From Hypanus sabinus (taxonomy: Eukaryota), in assembly GCF_030144855.1 (NCBI RefSeq), contig NC_082723.1, forward strand, positions 57,288,001 to 57,352,000: a stretch of 64,000 nt of DNA. Reading direction: 5' to 3'. Positions 39,961 to 53,150 of this stretch are shown one piece after another (position 1 is the first letter of the stretch; each line of letters begins with the position of its first letter). Made by a program: the position numbers and the translations under genes. A model generated the notes under the pieces. It worked only from the letters and a program-made list of their open reading frames with translations. It searched no databases and was not told the DNA's origin.

Positions 39961-41289
39961 GTCCTCAGTCCTGAAAATCCTGGTTCACCTGCAGTGCTGG
40001 ATACTTTGACAAGAAGTTCAGCAGTTCAGGAAGGTGGCTCAATATAACCTTATCAAAGGGAATTAGGTACGTATGATAAATGCTGACCTGGCAAATTAAA
40101 CCCATATCTTTATAAATTAAAATATATTTAATAAAAAATAATTCATTCAAATCAAAACCATCCCATCCATATGACCGGTACACCATCCAATATCCTACAA
40201 TTCATTTCCTCCACCAGCACCTCAGTTGCTGTGAAAGACCCAAGAACAAGGGCAGCATGGACGCATGAAAACACTGCCACCTACAGTTTCTTCTCCAAAT
40301 TACACACCAGCTGACCTGGAAATGCAGTAGTCGAATCACAGTAACTTCATCTCTGGAACTACTACAGTGGGACCACCTTTCCTAGAAGGACTGCAGTGGT
40401 AGGTGATAGTGCCTGAATTCCACCTCTCAAAAGCAATTTGAGATGAGCAATAAGTGCTCTGTGAAAAAAAAGCAAAAGATACCCAGCTGCTGTTGCCCTT
40501 ATTCTAAAAGATTTAATATTTTTAAAATACTTTTAAGTTCCTCAATCCTTTTGTCACTTGGTTACCAATTATCTTCAGAATATATTTAATACAATGAGTG
40601 AATACACCACAAAATAATTGTTTAATTTCTTGAGCACTTCCTTATTTTTTCATTAATTCCTGCTTCTGCTCTTAACTTATTTACTCACTGCCCGCTACGC
40701 CACTGGTGTTTAAGGCGGGAATGAAGGTTCCCCATCTCTGGTGGTGTTCAGGGCTTCTTTCATCATGTCAGTAGCTTCCTCTCAGTTTTCAGCCATGCGA
40801 ATGTCAGGTGGAGACAGGGACACCATCGCACTCATATGTTGAAGGATTCTTCATTGTTGTTCCTGTAAAATTCTTCATACCTGTCTACATGCTTTTAATC
40901 TCCACAGCCCTCTAGTGCTCTCTCTATACCTTGTAGTAACTAAAATGGTGCAATACTCTCACCAGTGTTTTACAGTTTCAACGTCACCTTGTTGCTCTGG
41001 ATTTCTATGCTTTGGTCCATAAAAACGTGTTACCTGTATGTCATATTCATCACCTTAATAACTAGTTCTGCTTCCTTCAAGAATCTATGGACACAAACAA
41101 CACGATCACTGTTTCTTCTCATTTAGTATCCTACCAATTAATATAGTTTCTTGCATTGTTTGCATTCCTTAGATGCATTGACTAATACTTTTACATTTGG
41201 ATTTTGTTTTTCCTTTGTGTGCTCTTAAGCCTACATTTTAACCACAAATGGCAAACTTCTTAATACTTGTCCCTATATTTAAATCTATA

Positions 41290-41625
41290 TTAGTAGTTCA
41301 TCCATTGTGTCGTACGACATGGGCAATCATAGTATTTCCAAGACCGTGACTGTTCTTGGCAAATTTTTCTACGGAGTGGCTTGCCATTGCCTTCTTCTAG
41401 GCTATGTCTTTACAAGATGCGTGACCCTAGCTATTATCAATACTCTTCAGTGGTTGTCTGTCTGGTGTCAGGGGTTGCTTAACCAGGACTTGTGATAAGT
41501 ACCAGCTGCTAATACAACTGACCACCTGCCCCCATGGCTTCACATAACTTTGATTGAGGTTCTAAGCAGGTGCTATACCTTGCCCAAGAGTGATCTGTAG
41601 GCTAGTGGAGGGAAGGAGAGCCTTG
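41290..41625 (-). repeat. SINE-like repeat with an RTE/BovB-type segment
   Basis: Minus strand gaagaaggcaatggcaagccactcc..ttgccaagaa resembles the RTE-derived segment of Bov-A and Sauria SINEs. Confidence 0.5.
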
Positions 41626-41656
41626 TGGTAGTACATACCACAAAAATCAAGAGACA

Positions 41657-43757
41657 CAGTTGCAAGAAAAAGTTTGTAATTACCTGATTTTCTGCATTAC
41701 TCATAAAAAGTAGTCTGATCTTCATCTAAGTCACAATAATAGACAATCTGCCTGAAATAATTGCACACAAACGTTTGTACTACTTCTCATCAATACTGAG
41801 TACACTATTTAAATAATCACAGTCTAGGTTCAAAAAATTATGTGAACCTCTGGGGTAATGCCTTCTACAAAAGCTATTTGGAGTCAGGTGTTCCAATCAA
41901 AGAGATGACATTGGAGGTGTGGGGGTGTGGGTTATGGAGGTGCCCTACCCTATAAAAGTAACACACAAAATCAGGTTACTGACAGAGCCTGCTTTTCTCA
42001 AGAAAGACCTGTTTATGTGCATGCCTCAATTAAAATAGCTTTCAGAGGACCATGAAAGAAAAATTGTAGAGATGCGTGAAGCTGGAAAAGGCTACAGAAG
42101 CACTTCTAAAGACCTGAGTGTTCTTTAGTTGACAGCAAGAGAAATTGTCTACAAATGGAGGAAATTCAGTACTGTTGTGACTCTCCCTAGGAGTGGACAT
42201 CCTGCAAAGATCACACCAAGAGCACAACATGCAATGCTAAAGGAGGTGAAAAAGAACCCAAGAGTAACAGCAAAAGACCTGCAGGAATCTCTAGAACTTG
42301 CTAAGATCTCTGTTCACGTGTCCACCATAAGAAAAACACTGAACAAGAATGGTGTTCATGGAAGAACACCACGGAGGAAACCATTGCTCTTCAAAAAAAA
42401 ACATTGCTGTCCATCTCAAGTTTGCAAAAGACCACTTGGATATTCTACAATGTTTCTGGGACAACGTTCTGTGGACTGAAGAGACAAAAGTTTAACTTTT
42501 TTGCCAGAAAAGCTCATTGCTGTTTTGGGGGAAAAGGGCACTGCACACCAACACCAAAACTTCATCCCAGCTGCGATGCATGGTGAAAGGAGCATCATGG
42601 TTTGTGGCTGCTTTGCCGCCTCAGGGCCCGGAAAGCTTGCAATCATTGAGGGAACAATGAATTTCACTGTGTGCTGCATCTGCGAGGCTGAGTCGGGCAG
42701 CACCGTGGAAGTCCATAACGGGGTTATTCCCTTCTGCCACTGGTGTGAGATGACAAGTCTATCGGGACCCTGAGGACTTGTGGAAACTGTGTGGTGGTTT
42801 CTTTCGAACTTATAGTCTTTTAACATCTCTGGACTATTTTTACTGCGCCCATGGTCAGTTTTTTTTTATCAAATTTTGGTATTGTTTGCACTGTTGTAAC
42901 TATATGTTGTAATTATGTGGTTTTATGCAGGTCTTGTAGCTTTAGTTTTTGGTCTTGTTTTATCTGGTGGATTTGGAGCTCCTTTCTGGGGAATGCACTA
43001 AGATGGTAGTGCGATATTAATACGCAGCAGCCTCTTCTGACTCTGGATTGGGGATTGCCAAACGTTATGTGGATTTTCTGGTGTAGTCTATTTTGTCATG
43101 TGCTTTGTCGATATCATTCTGGAGGAACATTGTCTCATTTTTTTAACTGCATTGCATTTGTGGTTTTTAAATGACAATAAACTGAATCTGAATTAGAAGT
43201 TGTATGGATATTTTACAGGAGAATGTCAAGGTAGCAGTCCCTCACCTGAAGCTAAATGGAAGTTGGATGTTGGAATAAAACGATGATTCAAAACACAAAG
43301 TAAATCAACAATAAAATGGCTTAAACAGAGAAAAAAAAACTTGTGTTTTGGAATGGCCAAGTCAAAGCCCAGACCTAAACACAATTGAGATGCTGTGGCC
43401 TGTGGCTGTTCGTGTAAGGTATCACAGAAATATTGATGAACTGAAACAGTTTTGTATGGAGGAATGGTCTAAAATTCTTCCTCACCATTGTACAAGCCTG
43501 ATCAGTAGCTACAGGAAATGTTTAGTGAAAATTATTGCTGCTAAAAGAAGTTCTACCAGTTATTAAATACAAGGGTTCACATAATTTGTCCAGCCTGGAC
43601 TGTGAATGATTAAACAATAAAGATATGAAAAGTACAATTGTTTGTGTGTTATTAGTTTAGGCAGATTGAATTTGTCCATTATTGTGACTTAGATGATCAA
43701 ACCACATTTATGCAGAAAACCAATTGCCAAGGGTTCACAAACTTTTTCTTGCAACTG
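41657..43757 (+). mobile_element. Tc1-family long-TIR transposon with an internal insertion
   Basis: TIRs CAGTTGCAAGAAAAAGTTTGT / ACAAACTTTTTCTTGCAACTG|TA; transposase pieces LPRSGHPAKITPR..RRKPLL and WPSQSPDLNTIEMLW. Confidence 0.93.
42665..43195 (+). repeat. Non-LTR element inserted into the Tc1 catalytic domain
   Basis: Interrupts the IEGTMN region that is contiguous in the 429-1860 copy; ends gacaataaactgaatctgaat. Confidence 0.75.
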
Positions 43758-44369
43758 TAAATCACAATGAATATCTTCAGTCACTACAAAGTCATAGCCA
43801 TTACCCTTTTCTCAATTTTTTTCCTTAGCTCCTGTGTGCTTTAATGTCTTGATCAGTCTGCCACATAGAACTTTGTCATACTTTGGTAGATCCATGCATT
43901 CTACATCAGAGTGGCTAACCTGATGGATCCACTAATGAAAAATTCAATCCAATTAGACGAACTGCTGAACAAACACACACTAGTCCTTATTGATTAACCC
44001 ATGCTTCTTCAAATGTGGAGATAGATACACACGTACATGAATCACTACGTTTGTTTAAGTCTGTCTGTATGTACAGTGGTTATATAGTCTATCACTTTCA
44101 TTCTTTTTGCATCAGTTGTCCTCTGCTTGTTGAATGCATAAGCTTTTATAGCAGCATAAACAAGATGTGGGTTCTGGTGAGCTCACATCTTGAGTACTAT
44201 GTGCCACTCTTGGCCTCAGTACTCAAGGAATTCATTTTAAAGAGAGAAAGCAACAACGATTCACTCTAGGATAAGAAAACAGTCCCATGATCAGAAAGTG
44301 CTGTATACCCACTGCAGTTTGGAATGGCAGATGTTCTTCCATGGATTAAGATAATGCAAGAAAGGGGCT

Positions 44370-44945
44370 TTCATGGCTGGAGAGCTCAGAATCAGCACAA
44401 CCGCCCCCATACTAACAACTTTCTATAGGAGCAGCACTCAGAGTATCCTGTCTGGCTGGATCATTTTGTGCTATGGATGCTGCAAGCCATTCGTCTGCAA
44501 GGCCCTACAGAGGACTGTAAAAACCAGCAAGGGGATTACCTGGGTCTCCCTCCCTCTGTTTGTGACATTTACTGGGAACATTGTAGATGAAGGGCATGAA
44601 GGACTGTTGGGGATCCCTACCACCCATCCCACAATCTATTTGACCCACTGCCATCAGGAATAATGGACAGGAGCGTCACAACTAGAACTGCCAGACGAGG
44701 TAACAGCTTCTTTCCTCAGGCTGTGAGACTAACGAATACCCTACCACCACTGAGGTCTCATCAGTTGGGGCAGTGAGCTGTTTACTGCCTACCTGTGCTG
44801 TGCACTATGTGCATTTTGAATTATATTTATGTACTTATTGGAGGAAATATTTTGTTTTATGTGCTGAATGTTTTGTGGATGTGTGGAGGAATGCTATTTT
44901 GTTTGGTAGTATATACATACAGTCTGATGACAATGAATTTGAAGT
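44370..44945 (+). mobile_element. Rex1-like LINE 3' fragment
   Basis: LTTFYRSSTQSILSGWIILCYG; cagcttctttcctcaggctgtgagact; gacaatgaatttgaa tail. Confidence 0.75.
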
Positions 44946-46966
44946 AGATCATCCTTTTGGGCAGGTTAGAAAAGAAAATCCACTTATATGGCTGTGGATG
45001 CTTAGCTCATTGTTTAATAATTAACTAGGTGACTGTTCCCTCCATTTGTTTAATGAATGTATCCAAGACTGAGAATACATTGATTTTTGAGCACTATGCT
45101 AATGAACAATGAAGGGACAGTGGAATTAAAATTAATTGATTAGGCACAATTGTATTGACTGGCAGAAGAGGCATGATGGATTGTGTCTCTTTTACTATAT
45201 CTTTACATTTGTTGAATTTTAATTTTGTTGATGTATATCTAGAAACTAATGAGGAACAAATCTTTTTTTACTTAAAGTTAGAAGGTAAACTGGAATACAA
45301 TGGCATGTGATAATCATGATTAAATGTCTATAAGATCATCCATTTCCAATTGAACCTTATCATCTCTATAAAATTCCTGTCACAACACACATTAACATTC
45401 TCTGCCTTTGACTCTGAACTGCAGAATTTAACTGGATCAGGTATGAAAGGAAATGTTTAACTTCCAAGCAGTCAGTCGCACCACTGCCAGGGAGCTAAAT
45501 GAATGGCATCACAAACAAAAAAGTTACCTTCAGCAAGGTAACTGTGACCGGACTGGGAGAATGAATCAGGTGGCGTTGTGATTCTTTTAATGCTGGTCCT
45601 GTGCCCACAATAATTGTAGAGGATGTTTCATTCTCTTCTTGCTGCAGTCTAGTCCTATCAGGTTGACCTCAGTACAAGGCAAGCATTTTTCTGGCACAAA
45701 CCCATTATCGCAGAAAATTAGGGACTTTGAAATTATAATTACAGAATATTTGATCAGACCTCTCAGTAAGAGCTGAAGCAATGCACCATGAATTACTAAT
45801 AAGTGGTTGCTGCTGTTCCTTAGGAAACAGGTCAGCCATTATACACACAATTAACAACAAAATGAATGACTCTTTCAGCCGTTGTTTATCGAGGAAGGAC
45901 TTTGCATATGGAAAAGCAAACCTACTGCTCTTTAAACCTCACCTGGGAATACATACCAGACTTGGGTTTAAACATTGCACCTGTAATATCACCTTCAACC
46001 TTGCAACACTCCTCTGATATATAAAGGGTGGATCAGGTGCAGTGCATTTTGAACTTAGTCTTCACACCCAAATGCCAAATGTGAAAGTCATAGTGCTACC
46101 AAATGCTAGGCTGTTTATAACTGTCAAATATTCTCTTCACCTGTAGTTTTGCAGCCTACTCAAGTGTTAATTTTTTCCATTTAGAACATCTAGGCAGGGT
46201 GCTCTCCACTCTGTAAATACTAATCTCCATCCAATGAGTGGAAGGTACACAAGATCAGGTGAAAGGAGCCCTCTGTACATGTAAATATAAATGTAACTAA
46301 ATTAAGAGTCTCCTTCCTATAGGTTAGATTAGCTTCATTCAGGAAATTGCTATAACATAATGTTAACTGGGCCTTGTCTCAACACTCAGCAAAGCAATAC
46401 TATTGCTGCTAACTGAACTACCTCTTACCAGATTTCAAACAGGGATCTTATTCAATCTCCAGATCGCATGGAAAATAATAATCCATTCCTGAAATTCCTT
46501 AAAAGGTGTTAGAAAGATAAAAACAAAAATCAGAATAATAAAAGTGGCAGCTTTCTGAGAGAACCCCATCTCAGGGTGTAAACTAAATTTAACAAGGCTT
46601 CCTCTCTCAGGGTGGCCACCTTCCAAAGTAAACAAATACACAACACACAAAGAAGCTTGAACAAAACAGTAAGACATTAGGCTCATCTGAGTACAGGAAG
46701 CTGATTATGTTGGCAGCAACAAACTGATTGCCTGTATTTAACCTGAAAACAATTGGAATGGTCTTTTGACACTAGCAGCATGAGTTGTTAATACAATTAA
46801 CCTCAAATGCCTCCATTGTTGATATACAACTGTGAATTCTGTTAAGGTGTAAATAAATAACGAGCCAATCACTCAGGGTATCAGTCACAGCGGCTTGAAA
46901 TCAAAAGTAGTCTGCAAATGAAAAATTTGAAACTCAATCTACGAAAGGTTGTTTGCTTACAAAATC

Positions 46967-46972
46967 TTTATT
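46967..46972 (-). terminator. Candidate polyadenylation signal (AATAAA) of TMEM203
   Basis: AATAAA on the minus strand about 700 nt after the stop codon. Confidence 0.45.
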
Positions 46973-47065
46973 ACACTCTCCTGGAGACCAGCCAGGTGAC
47001 TTGGTAATACAAGATAGCATAGGGAGCTGTCAGGTGTCGTTAGGACATTTAGGAGAAGGAGAAAC

Positions 47066-47096
47066 AAAGAAAGAAAGAAAGAAAGAAAGGAAGAAA
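47066..47096. repeat. (GAAA)n microsatellite in the TMEM203 3'UTR
   Basis: aaagaaagaaagaaagaaagaaaggaagaaa. Confidence 0.85.
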
Positions 47097-47666
47097 TGGA
47101 TAAATTTTAAAATTTAATTCAACAACATCTTGGATTACTTCTATCACTTCTAGTCCAGTGAATATATCAGCTAAATCCCTGTAAGAATTGCAGGACATAG
47201 AACTCCACTGTTATCTTCAACCTTTGGAAAGTTTGAATGAGTTCCCAAACATAAACCTAGTGTGGAGTCATCTATTGATTAAAGTTTCACCAAAATGTTA
47301 ACATATTCAGAGGAGAGTATCTTGGTCCTAGGCAATCACCGGACCCTTTCTCACCGTTGACTCTGATTAAAGAGTAATGGGGCAAGACCACTTGAGGGTT
47401 GAACTGGCCTCTGGAGCTGAAGGTTAGTCATGAACACACTCTTTGTGCTTCTCCTTACAGCGGGCCAGCAACCAGGTTCACTGTCTGGTTGTACTGTGCT
47501 CAATAGCCGCTGCGTAATAAAGCAACCACCATGACATCACTGAGACAAGAACCATCATTTAACTCAAGTTTTCCCTCCTTGCAGCCATCATCCAACACCC
47601 CTGGGACTTGTACATCTGGGAGTCAGTTGGCTTGAACGTGAAAGGCAGAATGGATGGTTTCAGGCC

Positions 47667-48077
47667 TCAGTTGACCCGGCAGGCTCGTATCATCAACAAC
47701 TGGAGGAGAATGAAGACTGGTGACATGATGAGGCCATACCATAGGTGAGTGCTTTGTTCTACCAGCTTTTGGCACAGCAGCATCTCAAAGACAAACTTGA
47801 GGCTAAGGACAGTCAGGATCCAGAAAAGGCGCATGATGGCCAGGCGTTTCTCACCATCCTGGAATAGGCGGACAGAGACAATCATGGTGAAGTAGGTACT
47901 GAGCCCATCGGCAGTGAAAAGTGGGATGAAGACATACCACCAGTCCAGCTGTCCCACAAAGTTGTCCACCTTGACAGCCAGCAGCACCGAGAACACCAGG
48001 AAAGCTGTCAGATGCAGCAGCATTTCAAATGTGGCAAAGCCCAACCATTGTACCAACTCACGCAGTGAGAACAGCAT
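47667..48077 (-). CDS. TMEM203: Transmembrane protein 203 (136 aa, CDS in a single exon)
   Basis: MLFSLRELVQWLGFATFE...RLFQDGEKRLA...LQLLMIRACRVN matches the TMEM203 sequence and length; ATG at 48077 in context AAGATGC. Acceptor ttctgttatttttcag sits at 48195. Confidence 0.97.
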   Translation of the reverse strand: MLFSLRELVQWLGFATFEMLLHLTAFLVFSVLLAVKVDNFVGQLDWWYVFIPLFTADGLSTYFTMIVSVRLFQDGEKRLAIMRLFWILTVLSLKFVFEMLLCQKLVEQSTHLWYGLIMSPVFILLQLLMIRACRVN

Positions 48078-48314
48078 CTTCGTGCCAGTGTTGCCCAGGC
48101 CCCAGAGAGGCCCTGTGTCAGTCAACAGGAACCAACAGCTCACATCAGTACAGCAGCAGCTCCTGGTGTGGACTTGCAGAGTAAACAAACTTCACTGAAA
48201 AATAACAGAAACATTTTGTTTTAACAGGGATCATCACTCTCAGTAATGACACAAGACTATAGCATTTTTACAGAAAAACTTTGTACTTCCTGTAACAAAC
48301 TTTTGTAACCTCAG

Positions 48315-48630
48315 AGTCCTGCCTCACAGCACTAAAGACCTGGTTCAATCCCAACACCAGGTGCTGTATGTGGGGAGTTTGCATCCCTCTACCTCTGACC
48401 ACATGGGTTTCCAATGAATGCTCCAATTTCCCCCACATCACAATGACGTGGGTTGGTGGGTGAACTAGCTGCTGTAAGTTGCCCCTAGTGTGTGGTGTAG
48501 AATCTTGGGGAAATGTGCTGAGAACAAACAGAATGGGATAATGCCAGATTAGTATAAATGGGTAGTTGAAGATCAGCAGGGACTCTGTGGGCCAAAAAGA
48601 CATTTTCCATTCTGTACCACTCCATGACTC
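48315..48630 (+). mobile_element. V-SINE copy
   Basis: gcctcacagcactaaagacctggttcaatccc..ggagtttgcat..tgggtttcc; CR1-like tail. Confidence 0.75.
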
Positions 48631-48799
48631 TAATGTCACACAGCACATTACAGCCAATTGAATAGCCTGAAATCCAGTCAATGTTATAATTTATAAAGAA
48701 ACAGAACAGTCAACATACACAAAGCAAGCACCTGAAAACAGAAATGTGGCAAAAAGCTATTGACAGAACAGGCTTGAGGGGTAAATATTAGTTGAAGTA

Positions 48800-49312
48800 T
48801 TGAGTTCAAAGTCAAGGGGTTATGTTAAAACTTTATAGAACTTTGGTTAGGTCACAGCAGGAGTATTACATTCAGTTGTGGTTGCCTCACTATAGGAAGG
48901 ACGTTGAGGCTTTGGAGAGGGAGCAGAAGAGGTTCATCAGGATGCTGCCTGGTCCTGGTAGATCTGATAGAGGCTGAAAGATTACGACAGGCGAAGATGA
49001 AATATACAGGGAGTATGTGTTTTCCAGGATAGAAATGAATAATACTAGAGGGCATGCATTGAAGGTGAGAGGGGGTAGGTTCAAAGGGGATGTAAAGGTA
49101 GATTTTTTACTCAGAGTGGTGGATGTCTGGTATGGTGATAGAAGCAAATACATTAGAGGCTTTTAAGAGATGTTCAGATAGCCACATGAATATGTGGAAG
49201 ACGGAGGGATATGGACATTATATATAGGAGGGATTAGATCATGGTTTTTTTAATTTACTGTTTAGCTGGCTCAGCACAACATCGTGGGCCAAAGGACCTG
49301 TTTCTGTTCTAC
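48800..49312 (+). mobile_element. CR1 3' fragment
   Basis: ggttaggtcacagcaggagtat..tataggaaggacgttgaggctttggagaggg..ttttactcagagtggtg. Confidence 0.75.
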
Positions 49313-50554
49313 GCGAAGGTAAATTCTCTTACTTGGTCATCAAAATAGGAACCAAAAGTTCTGTTCCTAAGAATTCAAATAACACCATGGATCTGGGCCA
49401 TTTATATTCAATTAAATGGAATCACAGTAACCATTAAATACCAGTCTAAGATGCATTCATTTACGTGGCTTTCAACCCACATCCATGCGGCAAAATCTCA
49501 ACCGCTTAGCAAGCTATTCAGATGGATCAAATCCAAACATATTAATTAGTTCAGCTGCCCACAGATCAATCAAGCAATAGTATGAAGTAACGATTTCTCT
49601 CAGTGAACTTGCCTGGTTAAATCATGTCGCATCAGCAGTACAGACAAACCGGGATGCAATAATACAGAGATAGAGATTCTGGAAGTACTCAACATCAATT
49701 TCATGATGTTGTATGGCATCTGATCAAACAAACCCAGGAAATCTGCTGATTGGTGCCTACAGTCTTCCCTTGGCGATTGAATTTAAAGCACTTAATGCAC
49801 AGAGTAGCTAGAACAGAGAACATTTTCAGAGTGGGAGATTTCACTGTCCAGAGCAGCTCTTTAGCACCTCCACTAACCAAGCCAACAAAATACCCAAGGT
49901 CATCGTTGACTTGTGGCGGGTGAGGAAAGAAGCCACAGGAAGGAGAAACACACCTATCCATGAAATTGGCAGCTGAACTGCTTTTGCACTTGCAGTATTA
50001 ACAATAACTCCTACTGCACAAGGTCCCATCCCACCTGTACTGCAAGGACCCCCTTCATCACTCAATGCCACTTACTGATGGGATAAAAAATAGGGCAGCC
50101 TAAGACTACACCATGAAACACCATTAACCACTAACAGAACGGTAATCCATCATAACATATACTTGCTACATCGCAGAGATAAGCTGCAATATGATAGTGA
50201 ATTTGAAGCTACGAGTTTATTTATTGAAGCTTTAACAAAAAGGGTAAAAGCAGAAGCAGTAGTTTTTAAGACAACATCAGATTACACTGGATAAGAAGAT
50301 TTTCAAAAGTGTTGCTTCCTCAGTATTTTTTTTTGTTTATGATAAGACTGCTTGAAGCTGAACACGAATATAATTTCAGACCACTTGTATCATGATGAAA
50401 TTTGGAAAAACAAGAAACTTAACTTTTATTGAATATAATGTATTTAATTGCAAAATGCTTCATCTAAGCTAAAATATTTTGTTGATGATTTTCATTTGCA
50501 CTCAGTGTCTTAAGGCTTCTCGCTTAAGTGTCCAACAATAATCAGCCAGCATTG

Positions 50555-53150
50555 ACAAGACCACAAGATATATGTAGGAGCCAAATTAGGCCATTTGGCC
50601 CATCGAGGCTGCTCATCAAGCCATTTCATCATGGCTTATCTATTTTCCACTTCAACCTGTCTTCTGCTTTCTCCCTGTATCCCTTCATACACCGATCAAT
50701 CAAGAATCTATCAACCTCTGCCTTAAATATATGCAAAGACTTAGCCTCCACAGCCATTGAGTGGCAATAAATCCACAGATTCACCACTCTCTAGCGAAAG
50801 AAGTTCCTCCTCATCTCCATTCTAAAAAGATGTCCCTCTATTCTGAGGCTGTATCATCTGGTCCTAGAGAGACCCACCAGAGGAAACATCCTCACCACAT
50901 CCACTCTACTGAGGCTTTTCAACATAGTGAGTCATAGAAACATAGAAAATAGGTGCAGGAGTAGGCCATTCGGCCCTTTGAGCCTGCACCGCCATTCAGT
51001 ATGATCATGGCTGATCATCCAACTCAGAACCCTGTACCTGCTTTCTCTCCATACCCACTGATCCCTTTAGCCACAAGGGCCATATCTAACTTCCTCTTAA
51101 TTATAGCCAATGAACCGGCCTCCACTGTTTCCTGTGGCAGACAATTCCACAGATTCACCACTCTCTGTGTGAAGAAGTTTTTCCTCATCTCGGTCCTAAA
51201 AGGCTTCCCCATTATCCTTAAATTGTGACCCCTCGTTCTGGACTTCCTAACATCGGAAACAATCTTCCTGCATCTAGCCTGTCCAATCCCTTTAGAATTT
51301 TATATGTTTCAATAAGATCCCCCTTCAATCTTCTAAATTCCAGTGAGTATAAGCCTAGCCGATCCAGTCTTTCTTCATATGAAAGTCCTGCCATCTCAGG
51401 AATCAATCTGGTGAACCTTCTCTGTACTCCCTCTATGGCAAGAATGTCTTTCCTCAGATTAGGGGACCAAAACTGCACACAATATTCTCGGTGCGGTCTC
51501 ACCAAGGCCTTGTACAACTGCAGTAGAACCTCCCTGCTCCTGTACTCAAATCCTTTGCTATGAATGCCATTTGCCTTTTTCACTGCCTGCTGTACCTGCA
51601 TGCCCACCTTCAATGACTGGTGTACAATGACACCAGGTCTCGTTGCATCTCCCCTTTTCCTAATTGGCCACCATTCAGATAATAATCTGTTTTCCTGTTC
51701 TTGCAACCAAAGTGGATAACCTCACATTTATCCACATTAAATTGCATCTGCCATGAATTTGCTCACTCACCTAACCTATCCAAGTCACCCTGCATCCTCT
51801 TAGCATCCTCCTCACAGCTAACACCGCCGCCCAGCTTCATGTCATCCGCAATCTTGCAGATGCTGCATTTAATTCCCTCGTCTAAATCATTAATATATAT
51901 TGTAAACAACTGGGGTCCCAGCACTGAGCCTTGTGGTACCCCACTAGCCACTGCCTGCCATTCAGAAAAGGTCCCGTTTATTCCCACTCTTTGCTTCCTG
52001 TCTGCCAATCAATTCTCTATCCACTTCAATACCATACCCCCAATACCGTGTGCTTTAAGTTTGCACACTAATCTCCTGTGTGGGACCTTGTCAAAAGCCT
52101 TTTGAAAATCTAAATATACCACATCCACCAGCTCTCCCCATCCACTCTACTAGTTACATCTTCAAAAAATTCTATAAGATTCGTCAGACATGATCTTCCT
52201 TTCACAAATCCATGCTGACTTTGTCCGATGATTTCACCTCTTTCCAAATGTGCTGTTATCACATCTTTGATAACCGACTCTAGCATTTTCCCCACCACCG
52301 ATGTCAGAGTAACCGATCTATAATTCCCCGGTTTCTCTCTCCCTCCTTTTTTAAAAAGTGGGGTTACATTAGCCACCCTCCAATCCTCAGTAACTAATCC
52401 AGAATCTAAGGTGTTTTGAAAGATTACCACTAATGCATCCACTATTTCTTGGGCTACTTCCTTAAGCACTCTGGGATGCAGACCATCTGGCCCTGGGGAT
52501 TTATCTACCTTTAATCCCTTCAATTTACCTAACACCACTTACCTACTAACATGTATTTCCCTCAGTTCCTCCATCTCACTAGACCCTCGGTCCCTTACAA
52601 TTTCCAGAAGATTATTTATGTCCTCCTTAGTGAAGACAGAACCAAAGTAGTTATTCAATTGGTCTGCCATGTCTTTGTTCCCTATGATCAATTCACCTGT
52701 TTCTGACTGTAAAGGATCTACATTTGTCTTGAACAATCTTTTTCTTTTCACGTATCTATAAAAGCTTTTACGGTCAGTTTTTATGTTCCCTGCCAGCTTT
52801 CTCTCATAATCTTTTTTCCCTTTCCTAATTAAGCCCTTTGTCCTCCTCTGCTGGTCTCTGAATTTCTCCCAGTCCTCAGGTGTGCCGCCTTTTTTTGCTA
52901 ATTTATATGTTTCTTCTTTGGACTTGATAATATCCCTAATTTCCCTTGTCAGCCACGGGTGCACTACCTTCCCTGGTTTATTCTTTTGCCAAACTGGGAT
53001 GAACAATTGTTGTAGTTCATCCATGCGATCTTTAAATGCTTGTCCAGGCCCAGACCCATCAAATGTTCCTTATATGACAAGCTGTTCAATCCCAAAATCA
53101 TTTTTGTGCACCTCCTTTGAACTCTCTTCAGCATCAACACATCCATTTCT
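50555..53150 (-). mobile_element. Older CR1 3' fragment (about 50555-50930 and 53041-53150)
   Basis: 3' tail at 50555; DVLMLKRVQRRCTKMILGL at 53041-53146. Confidence 0.75.
50933..53040 (-). mobile_element. Young CR1 LINE (about 2.1 kb of ORF2 plus 3'UTR)
   Basis: Long near-intact ORF pieces SPGPDGLHPRVLKE, QHGFVKGRSCLTNLIEFFE, GVPQGSVLGPQLFTIYINDL, ADD and FFTQRVVNLWN; (tttctatg)-type tail. Confidence 0.95.

Noticed and set aside
48078-48188. 37-aa N-terminal extension of TMEM203
   Set aside because: Non-ATG start just after a splice acceptor; orthologues begin at MLFSLRE.
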